Positions 22,040-32,154 of a stretch of DNA of 64,000 nucleotides are shown piece by piece. The notes below the pieces were generated by a model. It had not been told where the DNA came from. It saw nothing but the letters and a program-made list of their open reading frames with translations, and ran no database searches. Location of the stretch: positions 14,309 through 78,308 of the IMG/VR virus record IMGVR_UViG_3300010400_000002. One strand, written 5' to 3'. How positions within the stretch are numbered: position 1 is the first letter of the stretch; the number at the start of each line of letters is the position of its first letter. A program made the translations under genes and the position numbers. Source of the DNA: a virus.

Positions 22040-22288
22040 ATGGGAAATATCATCCCGACACTCTACCTTATCGCTGCCAACGCCACGGCTGACAAGCTCG
22101 CCTGTGATGTACAAGAACGGCTTAACAAAATGTTTTGCCGTGAGATGTACTACCGGCGCATTGGAAAGGACTGGCAGTCGTCGTATGGAAGGAGAATGGA
22201 TTTACTAAATATCAATTGGCTGCTTCAGTACAATCCATCTATTGCTTTTGTTGATGTAATGAACTGTTGGTATCGCAACGTGTATTAA
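22040..22288 (+). CDS. hypothetical protein
   Basis: ATG at 22040, tightly packed in the operon. Confidence 0.5.
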   Translation: MGNIIPTLYLIAANATADKLACDVQERLNKMFCREMYYRRIGKDWQSSYGRRMDLLNINWLLQYNPSIAFVDVMNCWYRNVY

Positions 22289-22291
22289 CCT

Positions 22292-24001
22292 ATGAACAAA
22301 CTTCCGGGCATATCAGTTCAGCAACGCAATGTGTCTGTCACTAAGACTGCCACTATTCCGGCTATCCGTGTGGATGCTGAACCCTGTGATGACGACTGCA
22401 ACACCAGCGGAAGGTTGCCTGCAATAAAAGTTATTGGGAGTTGCCATGAATGTCCTGATGAGGGGCAAGTTCCTGACGTGATTAGCGAAGATTATGAGTG
22501 GATAACATATCGAGCTGCGCTAAGAACTTACACTTACACTATCAACTGGATTTATGATGGCGGATTTTGGATTGTGGTGGACAATAATGTGAAGTTTGTG
22601 GGTGAGCCAACAAGTGATGATGAATTGCTTGAGATGCTTAATGAAATGGACTTGGGTGTGTTCACACTTGACGGCACTACGATAACGGTGAAGGGGTATC
22701 ACATCTATGGGGATATTTTGGAGACGGATAGTGATGCGCCGACGGTGATTACTCCGGTGGTTGGTTGCATGAATCCGTCTGCACTTGACTACAATCCAAA
22801 TGCAAATGTTCCGGGTGCATGCACTTTTGCCATTCCAAATACAGTCACCTTCAATATAGCATCTAAGAAGGCAGTGGAAACCCAAATCGGGGCAAATCTT
22901 TTTGAACGCGATGTAACTAAGTTCGCAGCATGGACGGCAAAGACAATTGAATTAGGATTACAGATGCTTTACTACACGCCGATTACCGGAATGTCGAATA
23001 GCCATGCAGCCACGTTAGTTACAATGTTAATTGCAACGGGGTGTGATCTCGGAATATTCTATCCAATTCGCGACAACAACACAGCCGTAAACTTTCCCAC
23101 TTTCTACGATTGGATTAAATTGAAGTTCGGTGCTTACTTAACTTTTGTTCAATTGGATGATGAGTCGCAGTTGAAAAACAAACATCTTGACACACTAAAT
23201 CCTCCATACTCTGCTTTGTATATCTCCCGCGCTCAACAGGTGATGAACTATGATCCAGCGATGCAATTCTCTTGGGACACAGCACCCATTTACAGAACAA
23301 CGACAGCTTCCGTAAACCGGAATCAAGCACTCAAAGATTTGAATGATACCGATTGGGGACGGCAGTACGAACAAATTTCTCCTGATCGTTGCATATTTAG
23401 TCCAACTGATTCTGCCCACAATCTTATGTTGGTGAATTATTATTATGACACTCAATTACCAGGGGACTTAGTTGCTTTCTTTGCATTGTTCACACACATA
23501 ACAAAGCAAACGATAAATCAATTTCACAACAACGACACTGGCACCACAGAACTTTCACATCCACTTCGAAATTATTCGATAGGGCGCATGGCAATATTTA
23601 CGCTTGCCAACACAGAGAAGTTTGCAAACGTATTGTATATGCAGCTTTCAGAATTAGTAAGGGGTGTGCATCCTGAGTTTGATTCGATGAAACGGATTGC
23701 AAAATGTTTCTACTTCACTTATACGATGCCTGTGACAATTCCGTATGCAGGCTGTTTAGCGCAAGGGTTTCAGACAGGATCAAATTCATTTGGAATTCTT
23801 ATCACCAACCAAACAGCAACGGAAGTGACTATTGCAGCATCGGATATTGCTATCACCGGAAAAACTGTATCGGGATTGTTTACTTATGATCGGGGATATT
23901 CAGACAGCATTGATGGAGTAATGACGAATGAAACCGGAACGGCGGCTACAATAGATGTGAAACCATTTAGTGTGACCTGGGTTACGTTCACTACCGTGTA
24001 A
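22292..24001 (+). CDS. tail fibre/spike with glycoside-hydrolase-like C-terminal region
   Basis: GCMNPSALDYNPNA linker motif; TIM-barrel-like middle; C-terminal beta-sandwich ending IDVKPFSVTWVTF. Confidence 0.45.
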   Translation: MNKLPGISVQQRNVSVTKTATIPAIRVDAEPCDDDCNTSGRLPAIKVIGSCHECPDEGQVPDVISEDYEWITYRAALRTYTYTINWIYDGGFWIVVDNNVKFVGEPTSDDELLEMLNEMDLGVFTLDGTTITVKGYHIYGDILETDSDAPTVITPVVGCMNPSALDYNPNANVPGACTFAIPNTVTFNIASKKAVETQIGANLFERDVTKFAAWTAKTIELGLQMLYYTPITGMSNSHAATLVTMLIATGCDLGIFYPIRDNNTAVNFPTFYDWIKLKFGAYLTFVQLDDESQLKNKHLDTLNPPYSALYISRAQQVMNYDPAMQFSWDTAPIYRTTTASVNRNQALKDLNDTDWGRQYEQISPDRCIFSPTDSAHNLMLVNYYYDTQLPGDLVAFFALFTHITKQTINQFHNNDTGTTELSHPLRNYSIGRMAIFTLANTEKFANVLYMQLSELVRGVHPEFDSMKRIAKCFYFTYTMPVTIPYAGCLAQGFQTGSNSFGILITNQTATEVTIAASDIAITGKTVSGLFTYDRGYSDSIDGVMTNETGTAATIDVKPFSVTWVTFTTV

Positions 24002-24376
24002 TCACCTATTCCAAACATACCCATAAAGAGTATCGGTAGCAGAGTGCTTGATCGCATAGATTTGTTTCTGCAGCCTCTCCTTTGCTGTTCTCTGTATTGA
24101 ATAAAAGCTGGGCATGATAAACCAACTGTTCAACAACCGATCATAAGAAACAAAAGCAGTATCGCCAACGTGACCTCTTGGCTGTGGCATTCGTATCGCT
24201 CCCGTCTGCCACTTGTTATCCAAACTTGTAGCTTGCCAAATGTAATCGTTATCCTGACGTTCAATTGAGGTGACTCTCATATCGCAGTAGATCATTCGAG
24301 CCATATGCTTGTTGTAACTTGATGCGGCAATTATCACTGTAATAAGCAGGGAGAAGGAGAGAAGTATTTTCTTCAT
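24002..24376 (-). CDS. secreted/membrane-anchored protein, antisense moron
   Basis: Start MKKILLSFSLLITVIIAASS (signal peptide); own TACGTTTG promoter box. Confidence 0.6.
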   Translation of the reverse strand: MKKILLSFSLLITVIIAASSYNKHMARMIYCDMRVTSIERQDNDYIWQATSLDNKWQTGAIRMPQPRGHVGDTAFVSYDRLLNSWFIMPSFYSIQRTAKERLQKQIYAIKHSATDTLYGYVWNR

Positions 24377-24383
24377 GAGCGCA

Positions 24384-24391
24384 CAAACGTA
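24384..24391 (-). promoter_or_regulatory. Bacteroidota -7 promoter box
   Basis: TACGTTTG (TAnnTTTG) 7 nt before ATG 24376. Confidence 0.6.
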
Positions 24392-24453
24392 CAGATAATT
24401 TTCCTTGTGAACAATAAACCAAATAACATTGTGCAATCGGTAATTTTTGCAAT

Positions 24454-24461
24454 TAACTTTG
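24454..24461 (+). promoter_or_regulatory. Bacteroidota -7 promoter box
   Basis: TAACTTTG 6 nt before ATG 24468. Confidence 0.55.
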
Positions 24462-24467
24462 GACGCT

Positions 24468-27254
24468 ATGGTTCCTGCAACTGCGAGCTATATTAGTAGT
24501 GGTGCTTTCGGAAAAACGACTGACGTTTTTGATGCGCTCAATGCAAGAATTCATGATCCATTCCGTCGTGAATTTCTCCAACTTGATTTACAACTTACAG
24601 GCAACGTCACAACCTTCGTAGCGGGAACAGCCGTTGACTACACTTCCGGTTATGATGTGATTGTAAATATCGGCGGTGATAATTATTCCATCGGTGATCC
24701 TGTCGATGCGAATGACCTCGAAGCGCGATTAAATAATTTGGATATTGGTCAATGGTACTTTGATGCTGACGACAATCTTGCTATCAGAAGCCTGCACAAT
24801 ATCGGTGACATTACACAGAATGGAAATACCATTTTCTCTACGAGTAGTGTTGTGGATAATATTGATGAACCGGAGATAACGGATGCAATTCGTGAACTTG
24901 CATTACGAATTCACAAACTCTCTACTACGGTAGCTTTGCCGTGGACTGAAATTGGTTTTGGCAGCATTGACAACACAGCGATTGTTTCATCTCCGAAACT
25001 GACGTACAATGATCTGACTGATACCTTAACCATGACCGATGTGCATGGCATTGATTCATTGAAGATAGCACCAGGGATATTTTACCCATTTGCTAATAAC
25101 GGTTGGGATGCGGGTATTACTCTCTATAAAAATACAAGTGGTGGGCAATTTGTTGCCGGTGCCACTGATTCTGATTCCACATTTGCTCTATGGCAGTCTT
25201 TCCATCTTTCGGATGACCTGACTACACAATATATTACAGAGGCGATGTTATGGTCTTGTGGCACTTATGATAGGGGAATTACAGGTAATGAATTGGGTAC
25301 TCATTTTAAGATTAATGATTACGACAGGATTTATATTAATGATACCTATGTCAGACTGTACAATGCTGACCCATCTTCCAGTGCTGCCTACGTCCAACGA
25401 TTCTACGGAGCATACACAGCTGGAATACCACATTATGTAGGACTGCAGGCATCGAATTCAGTAGCGGCTGACAGCACATACATTTTACCGACAAATTACC
25501 CGGGAGTAAGCGGTTACGTTCTATCTTCTACAACATTTGGTGTGATGAGTTGGATTGCTCCGGCAACTGGAAGCGTTACATCTGTTAGTGTAGCCACTGC
25601 CAACGGATTCGCCGGTTCATCAAGCGGAGGCGCAACACCGATACTTACTTTATCCACCACCATCACCGGCATCCTCAAAGGCAACGGAACAGCGATCAGT
25701 GCAGCGACCGATTTAGACATAACAGGAAAACTATTAACAGGGTATGTAAGTGGTGCAGGAACGGTAGCGGCAACAGATTCTATTTTACAAGGGATACAAA
25801 AATTAAATGGGAACACGGCGGCATTGGTGACAGGCGTAAGTTCTGTAAATGGAGGAACAGGCGCAGTAACAATTACCGTAACTGGTACAGCAAATAAAAT
25901 AGATGTAAGTGGTGGAACTGGATTAACGCCAACGATAACCATATCACCAACCTATGTTGGACAAACAAGCATCACAACATTAGGAACGGTAACAACCGGA
26001 ACATGGAGTGCCACGACCATAGGTACCACAAAAGGAGGGACCGGATTAACGAGTTATACGACAGGCGATATTATTTATGCAAGCGCTTCTAATACACTAT
26101 CAAAATTGGCAGTTGGAACCACTGGTCAGGTGTTGACATTGGCGGCAGGGATTCCGTCATGGGCAACACCGACAACGGGGACGGTTACTTCTATTGCTAC
26201 GGCGGGATTAATTTCTGGAGGCACTATCAATACTACCGGAACGATTACTACCGCGATTGCCACTAACAAACTTGTTGGCAGGGCAACGGCAGGAACAGGA
26301 GTGTTTGAAGCGATCACTTTAGGGACGGGGCTTTCTTTTTCGGGAACTACGCTTAATGTCACCTTTCCGGCTGATTATATTTCATCAATAGCAGATACGG
26401 CTACGATAGATTTAAGTGTAAGTGGTGGAGGACAGTTGACAGCATCATTCGTTTCATTGGATATATCGCAGTTTGCTAATGATGTTCCTTATGCTAATCT
26501 TGCAGGAATTGATAAACAAATTATATTTAATGATGGTGGAAGCGCCTATAATGGCGATGCAGGATTACAATATAGCAAGACCGATACGCAGATACTTTTA
26601 GCTAATGGAAGTGACAAGAATCCATCCTATGCTTTTGTGAGTGATGTAGGAAGCGGAATGTATAGTAATGGAGCTAATGGGATTGTATTGGCAACAAATG
26701 GTATAAATGCGTGGCAGATAGATAGTAGTCAAACTTTATTCCCCATGGGGGGTCAGTCATTGGGTTTGAATACTAACCCCATTAGTAAGGCATATGTAGA
26801 TTTAATAAATGCGGTAGGAAACGATGGGGTTACTGGAAGCGGAAATACAATTACAACAATCGGCGGAGTTGTAACAGGAATAAGCAATGCGGTCGTTGCA
26901 ACAATAGTGGCAGACAATGACCTAACAGGACAAACAACCGCCGTAGCAAATATAACAACGTATACTCCAGGCGCTGATGGAACGTATAGAGTTGGAGGCT
27001 ATCTTACTACGACTGCAATATCAGCAGGAACACTTAACTTCCAAGTTACTTATACTGATGAAACAAGTGTGACAAGAACCCAGACATTTGCAATCATGGG
27101 AACGACTACCCAAAATATTACCACAACCGGAAGCTTTACCTTTCCTGACATACAGATAAGAGTAAAGAGCGGAAGCGCAATAACAGTTAAGACTACATTT
27201 GTAGGAGTTTCGACTACTTACGACGTTGGAGCCACAATAGAATTTTTACGATAA
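24468..27254 (+). CDS. tail fibre protein
   Basis: Gly/Thr/Ser-rich fibre repeats (GSVTSVSV, GGTGLTSYTTGD, GQVLTL, WATP). Confidence 0.8.
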   Translation: MVPATASYISSGAFGKTTDVFDALNARIHDPFRREFLQLDLQLTGNVTTFVAGTAVDYTSGYDVIVNIGGDNYSIGDPVDANDLEARLNNLDIGQWYFDADDNLAIRSLHNIGDITQNGNTIFSTSSVVDNIDEPEITDAIRELALRIHKLSTTVALPWTEIGFGSIDNTAIVSSPKLTYNDLTDTLTMTDVHGIDSLKIAPGIFYPFANNGWDAGITLYKNTSGGQFVAGATDSDSTFALWQSFHLSDDLTTQYITEAMLWSCGTYDRGITGNELGTHFKINDYDRIYINDTYVRLYNADPSSSAAYVQRFYGAYTAGIPHYVGLQASNSVAADSTYILPTNYPGVSGYVLSSTTFGVMSWIAPATGSVTSVSVATANGFAGSSSGGATPILTLSTTITGILKGNGTAISAATDLDITGKLLTGYVSGAGTVAATDSILQGIQKLNGNTAALVTGVSSVNGGTGAVTITVTGTANKIDVSGGTGLTPTITISPTYVGQTSITTLGTVTTGTWSATTIGTTKGGTGLTSYTTGDIIYASASNTLSKLAVGTTGQVLTLAAGIPSWATPTTGTVTSIATAGLISGGTINTTGTITTAIATNKLVGRATAGTGVFEAITLGTGLSFSGTTLNVTFPADYISSIADTATIDLSVSGGGQLTASFVSLDISQFANDVPYANLAGIDKQIIFNDGGSAYNGDAGLQYSKTDTQILLANGSDKNPSYAFVSDVGSGMYSNGANGIVLATNGINAWQIDSSQTLFPMGGQSLGLNTNPISKAYVDLINAVGNDGVTGSGNTITTIGGVVTGISNAVVATIVADNDLTGQTTAVANITTYTPGADGTYRVGGYLTTTAISAGTLNFQVTYTDETSVTRTQTFAIMGTTTQNITTTGSFTFPDIQIRVKSGSAITVKTTFVGVSTTYDVGATIEFLR

Positions 27255-27363
27255 AAGAAATCATAACCCACATTTGTGAACTCTCATTGTTCACAATTTC
27301 AGGTAATGATGTTGTGACAACATAAAATAGCAGAGTAATTTTCACCAATTAAAAACCATAAAC

Positions 27364-27597
27364 ATGAAAATCGAAATCGTAGAAGGGCAAGACACCAAGA
27401 AAATTGCACCTCACAATCTGAAAGTGAGTGTGACACGCACCAAAGAAGTCGCCGAAGAATTATCGTTATCACAGATTGATGATCGGATTAAAGGTGAAGA
27501 GGGTGCAATTAAGAACTATGAAAATGAGATCATCAAGCACCAAGCATTGATTGAGGAATACAAGGCATTGAAAGAAGAAATTGAAAAGGCGCTGTAA
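27364..27597 (+). CDS. small coiled-coil protein (possible fibre chaperone)
   Basis: 77 aa directly after the fibre gene. Confidence 0.45.
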   Translation: MKIEIVEGQDTKKIAPHNLKVSVTRTKEVAEELSLSQIDDRIKGEEGAIKNYENEIIKHQALIEEYKALKEEIEKAL

Positions 27598-27598
27598 G

Positions 27599-28144
27599 AT
27601 GGCAAAGAAAACAATCAAGCAGGCTATTGACTTCATAGAAATGAGCAATCAGTACTCGAAAGTGCTGACGAATATTTCTGAGAAGAAACGACTGCAGGAA
27701 CGCTCTGACGCTATCAAAAATAAATGGCCATATTCACACAGTGAGCAAAAGCAACTTGCCGCACGTAACAAATTGGAGTATGCAGCGAATAAGGTCAAGA
27801 GCCAACTGAGCAAGAAACTGAATCCTTACAATGAGACGGTGGAGGATATTAACAATGAATTTGCATTGACAGGGGAAGATAAAGCGTACGTCCTCGACGC
27901 CAACGGAAATAAGAAATACACTCCTGAGAATGAGAAGAAGCGCCTTGACAAAATCCGTGAACTGCAAAAGGGAGAGATTGAGTTTGAGCCGCACATGGCT
28001 ACGCAAGTTCCTGATGATCTCAATGAAGTTATCGTAGATGCGTTCAGGGGATTTGTGCTACCGGAAGATTTCGAATTGAAAGAACCAGAAGGTGAAGCTG
28101 TAAGTAGCAATGGAGTAGAAAAACTTGAACCAACAGAATCATGA
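27599..28144 (+). CDS. hypothetical coiled-coil protein (fibre-associated)
   Basis: KLEYAANKVKSQL...LNPYNE...GEIEFEP pattern seen after phage fibre genes. Confidence 0.5.
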   Translation: MAKKTIKQAIDFIEMSNQYSKVLTNISEKKRLQERSDAIKNKWPYSHSEQKQLAARNKLEYAANKVKSQLSKKLNPYNETVEDINNEFALTGEDKAYVLDANGNKKYTPENEKKRLDKIRELQKGEIEFEPHMATQVPDDLNEVIVDAFRGFVLPEDFELKEPEGEAVSSNGVEKLEPTES

Positions 28145-28716
28145 CAAAATATTTCGGAAAAATCCTAATGCTCCTCACCGCCCTACTTGGTGCGATGCTC
28201 ATTGGCGTATTAACATCAGATGCCCAAACGTACAGTTCAAGCAATATCCTGCATGCTCTTTTTCTTAAACAGGATTCAAAGACATGGCTGCAACATTCAT
28301 GGGTGTACGTGTTGCATGATAACTACAACACCGACACGGTGACGTATTGGAGTGATAAGCAGACATTGATACGTCAGATGAAGCACATGGATACGACGAT
28401 CAATTGGTATGATAGTTCTGCAAAAAAATACTATAAGCCATTGTACATACACGACAAGGGTTATCTTAATGACAGCACCTTTAAAGGACCGGGAATACAA
28501 TATCGAGTAGGAGAGATTGCAATTAACCCGTGGCAGTTGAAAGATATTTCAGATGCAGCTATTGATAAGGCTACACAGACGGTAGTGCGGTGGTTTAGTC
28601 AGAATTATTACCCTTATGATGCAAAACACTATTGGGTTAATCCCGCTAAGTCGGGAGCATACCTGAAGATAATTTACCCTAACATTGTTAATGGAAAGTT
28701 TTATGGAAGCAAATGA
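28141..28716 (+). CDS. secreted protein with signal peptide
   Basis: MTKYFGKILMLLTALLGAMLIGVLTSDAQ. Confidence 0.55.
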   Translation: MTKYFGKILMLLTALLGAMLIGVLTSDAQTYSSSNILHALFLKQDSKTWLQHSWVYVLHDNYNTDTVTYWSDKQTLIRQMKHMDTTINWYDSSAKKYYKPLYIHDKGYLNDSTFKGPGIQYRVGEIAINPWQLKDISDAAIDKATQTVVRWFSQNYYPYDAKHYWVNPAKSGAYLKIIYPNIVNGKFYGSK

Positions 28717-29155
28717 ATTGAGAATTAAAAATCTTGTCAATTACGACGAGGATAATACCGTATTTGAAGTAATCGAAATAAGCGAAAGTGGAATAAAAGT
28801 TAAAGATAGTGAAGAAGAAACTTGGATTGAATTAGATCAATTTTCAGGAATTCCACTCACTGAAGAATGGCTATTGAAGTTTGGATTTAAAAAGCAAGAT
28901 GATGGTTGGTTTTATCCTAATAATAATTTCAGAAATCAACTTAGGATTTGCTTACCAGATGGCGGTGAATGGTGGAATTATTCATTAGGATATAATGATT
29001 TTCCAAAACGAAAAGAAGATGAACAGCCTGTACAGGAATGGTTGGTAATTAAATTATTCAAACACGTTCACCAACTTCAAAATTTATATTACGCATTAAC
29101 AGGTGAAGAATTAACCATAAAAGAATTAGCAACTTCAAATAAGTACCTCAAATAG
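28703..29155 (+). CDS. Bacteroidota-phage conserved protein (ANELRI..IPLTEEWL..HQLQNLY family), paralogue 1
   Basis: Motifs shared with 60882-61358 and 62076-62483. Confidence 0.7.
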   Translation: MEANELRIKNLVNYDEDNTVFEVIEISESGIKVKDSEEETWIELDQFSGIPLTEEWLLKFGFKKQDDGWFYPNNNFRNQLRICLPDGGEWWNYSLGYNDFPKRKEDEQPVQEWLVIKLFKHVHQLQNLYYALTGEELTIKELATSNKYLK

Positions 29156-29180
29156 TTATCACTTAAAACAATACTTTCTT

Positions 29181-30581
29181 ATGAAGCCAATGATGAAAAT
29201 TTATACCAACCCCGCCAAGTTCTCCGGCAAACCGAAGCCCATAAAAATGAAGTATGGCGTTTCTATGCTCCCACAGAATGGCGGCAATGGACCTGCTCCG
29301 TATCTCGACACCCCGTGGATGGATAAGATGAAAGAACTTTACAACCTTTCATACATAAGCGGCGCGGCAGGCAGTATTGTTATCTATACCAATTACATCT
29401 CTCCTCCCGGCGTAAGCATAGGATTCAATGGCAATCACCAAGATTGTATTGACAGGCATGTTGACTTTAACACCGTTGTCTCTGGAAGATTGGCAAAGCC
29501 ATTTTCTTACGGCTGCTTCGAGAGTGACATTCAGGTAGCGGGGCAATTAGGGAAAGCATACTTGCCGGGAATAAATTGCAGCACACCCATTCTTGATGGT
29601 CGCCGTACCACGCCACCGGCACCATACAACTTCAACCGCTTGCACAGCCAAGTAGATTACATCCTGAGTTTAGCAGCTACAAAAGGAGTAAAGATTATCG
29701 GGATAAAGTGGAATGAAGAATCACAGGGAAAGGGTAATGCTGACGTGTTCCCCACTATTCAGTCACTCGTAGATGTAACGGCAGAAGGCGCTCGTTATGT
29801 TCATGGAAAGAATTCTTCCATCATTAACATCACCGATGCACAAATCACTGATGATCCGAATTGCAGATTCATAAACATGAATGCAACGATGGGCACTATT
29901 CCGTTTGCAAGCTGTCACCGAAACTATTTTCAGGTGCAGAAGCAGATGAATGACTGGACGGATATCATCACCCGCGTAAGAGAATTCCATTCTGTTACTG
30001 ATAAGTTCCGTCAACAATTCCCCGGTGGTCAGGAAGAACTTGCACAGCAACAATTTGGAGACATTGATGGCATGGATGTCAGTTTAAATATCTATTCCGG
30101 CAAAGTGGGGCAGGGAATTGTGATGAGCAGTATTCTCCTTCGCGCTATTATGGAAACGGCAACAGATGATGTGATTGCTTTCTTCACACATTCACAGTCT
30201 AATGGACTCATGAGCGGCACCGGAAGAAACTTTTCTGTGAAGCCTTGTTTCTATATGATCAAAGCATTACAGGGCGCATTGGTGAATGACGGACTGATTG
30301 ATGTGCAATTACAGAGTATTGAAGGCGCAGAAAATCTTGTGTATGCAGGAGTGCAACGCGGTTCTGTTTCTGAAATCTATTTTGTGAATGAAGGCAAGCC
30401 GGGAGTTGACCGCGATATAGTGATACCCACTGTTCAGGTGAATGATCACCACAAATCCGTCGCAGTAGTTGATGGGTGGGGTGGAGATTTAGCAAGCGAT
30501 ACAGCAACACAATACACACAGCCTACTGGTGATTCTATTACTATCAAGGCGGGATATTGCATAAAGGTTGTGACTCAATAA
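29181..30581 (+). CDS. glycoside-hydrolase-like protein
   Basis: IIGIKWNEE (clan GH-A-like NE), TIM-barrel-like pattern, C-terminal beta-sandwich (EIYFVNE...TIKAGYCIKVV). Confidence 0.4.
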   Translation: MKPMMKIYTNPAKFSGKPKPIKMKYGVSMLPQNGGNGPAPYLDTPWMDKMKELYNLSYISGAAGSIVIYTNYISPPGVSIGFNGNHQDCIDRHVDFNTVVSGRLAKPFSYGCFESDIQVAGQLGKAYLPGINCSTPILDGRRTTPPAPYNFNRLHSQVDYILSLAATKGVKIIGIKWNEESQGKGNADVFPTIQSLVDVTAEGARYVHGKNSSIINITDAQITDDPNCRFINMNATMGTIPFASCHRNYFQVQKQMNDWTDIITRVREFHSVTDKFRQQFPGGQEELAQQQFGDIDGMDVSLNIYSGKVGQGIVMSSILLRAIMETATDDVIAFFTHSQSNGLMSGTGRNFSVKPCFYMIKALQGALVNDGLIDVQLQSIEGAENLVYAGVQRGSVSEIYFVNEGKPGVDRDIVIPTVQVNDHHKSVAVVDGWGGDLASDTATQYTQPTGDSITIKAGYCIKVVTQ

Positions 30582-30620
30582 TTTGTTACTTCAATAAGTT
30601 TCACTTTCAAACTAAACGCT

Positions 30621-30884
30621 ATGACTACCCTCAACAGAATAGAAAGCGACCGATGGAAAATGTATATCCAGCAGGTTAACGAAACCGGAGATCACGGTGA
30701 CTTCTGGGAAATGATGTTGAATAGCTCAAGCATTTCAGCACCATTATATAACTCATGGAGATCGGAGTTTCTAACGTGGAAAGGGATCTACGATGATGAC
30801 AGAAAATTGTACATCACCAAACCTGATGATACCACATACAAGGAAGATGGTATCTCCAATTTTCCGGTACCACCTTCAAAATAA
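30621..30884 (+). CDS. hypothetical protein
   Basis: 87-aa ORF with A-rich leader. Confidence 0.5.
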   Translation: MTTLNRIESDRWKMYIQQVNETGDHGDFWEMMLNSSSISAPLYNSWRSEFLTWKGIYDDDRKLYITKPDDTTYKEDGISNFPVPPSK

Positions 30885-30889
30885 TCCTG

Positions 30890-31270
30890 ATGCTTATAAC
30901 AGACATTGCCCATGAGATAGTATTTCAGTGGAATACCCACATCAAAAAATCGGTGTTGCTTATGACTCCACTAAGTGCTACAACATTTTTGGTGACACTA
31001 ATTGTAGGGCAAGTTCTCTCTGTCAATGATGCTTTTCCTAATTGGCTTGTAGGAATACTAACCGCAACCATTACTGTTCTTCTTTCTATTATTGCCTTTG
31101 TCGCTGTACAGGTTTATCTCATTGTGAAAAAAGAGATCAGCAGTAATAATGTCAGAATGGATAAGCTTCTTGAAGTGCAAATAAAACATGGCAATGAGCT
31201 AATTCGATTGAGTACTGAAGTAGAAAACTTAAAAGAGGATGAGCAACCAAAGAAAAAAAGACTGGGATGA
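30890..31270 (+). CDS. membrane protein (holin-like)
   Basis: Two hydrophobic helices, coiled coil, basic C-terminus. Confidence 0.5.
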   Translation: MLITDIAHEIVFQWNTHIKKSVLLMTPLSATTFLVTLIVGQVLSVNDAFPNWLVGILTATITVLLSIIAFVAVQVYLIVKKEISSNNVRMDKLLEVQIKHGNELIRLSTEVENLKEDEQPKKKRLG

Positions 31271-31734
31271 AAATTACTTACATCGTTGGAGTATTTCTGC
31301 TCACATCACTACTTGAAATGTGGTGGCACATCAAAACATATCCTGCTACTCTCACTCCAATGGAACTGTATCAAGCGCGGGTTCATACATACAATCTATC
31401 TATGAGTATGGCACAAGAGCTTCTTTACATTACTATGCTGATTTTTATTCCAGGGCTGTATGAAAAGACATTGGCAATTATCTGTATTGTGTTTCAAGGA
31501 CTGAATGTTGCAGACTGGTATTTCGATTTCAATTGGAGAACAACAAACTATGACTTTGCGCTCTTCACTGTTTCAATTACGCTCATTATTTTGATGATGC
31601 GATTCAAAGTGTATGAACGAATAGACATCTTCACTCATAATATTTTGCATATACTCTTCAGGAATGGAACGATACAAATTGCGGGGAGGGTGATTAACAT
31701 TGAGCGAAAGAAGAAAAATAAATCATCATTGTAA
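31267..31734 (+). CDS. four-TM membrane protein
   Basis: Four hydrophobic segments, basic tail. Confidence 0.55.
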   Translation: MKITYIVGVFLLTSLLEMWWHIKTYPATLTPMELYQARVHTYNLSMSMAQELLYITMLIFIPGLYEKTLAIICIVFQGLNVADWYFDFNWRTTNYDFALFTVSITLIILMMRFKVYERIDIFTHNILHILFRNGTIQIAGRVINIERKKKNKSSL

Positions 31735-31743
31735 ACAACCAGT

Positions 31744-32145
31744 ATGGAGGAAGATCACTTAGAAGCAGCCGCGGCAGAAGAGAAATTTTCATTCGATCTT
31801 CTTTTGGCAGTGTTTCAGAAGTTGCCGGATGCGATAGTTATCCTTAATGAGGACAGAAAGATATTCAGGGTAAACCCACAGGCAGAGCTATTGTTTGGGT
31901 ATAATGAAATAGAATTAAAAAATAAACCCATTGAAATTCTTGTACCGGACTCACTGAAAGAACGCCACACTACGCATACTCAAACCTATGTAGATTCACC
32001 CTCATTACGTGCGATGGGAAGCGGTATTGAGTTGAAGGCAAAGAGAAAAAACGGAACAGAAATTCCTGTTGAAATAAATCTTAGTCCTGTGTCTACGGTT
32101 CGTGGTTTGTATGTGATTGCTGTAATCAGAAGAAAAGTAAAATAA
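31744..32145 (+). CDS. stand-alone PAS-domain protein (FixL-like)
   Basis: PDAIVILN..G-equivalent..VNPQAELLFGY..EL....IEILVP...RH...R.MG.G.EL.AKRKNG.EIPVEINLSP. Confidence 0.9.
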   Translation: MEEDHLEAAAAEEKFSFDLLLAVFQKLPDAIVILNEDRKIFRVNPQAELLFGYNEIELKNKPIEILVPDSLKERHTTHTQTYVDSPSLRAMGSGIELKAKRKNGTEIPVEINLSPVSTVRGLYVIAVIRRKVK

Positions 32146-32154
32146 GTTTCTTGC

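Noticed and set aside
353-26362. Numerous antisense ORFs within structural genes
   Set aside because: Shadow frames of long + strand genes, with no motifs or promoters (except 24002-24376)
24468-27254. Diversity-generating retroelement acting on the fibre
   Set aside because: No reverse transcriptase and no TR/VR pair seen in the window
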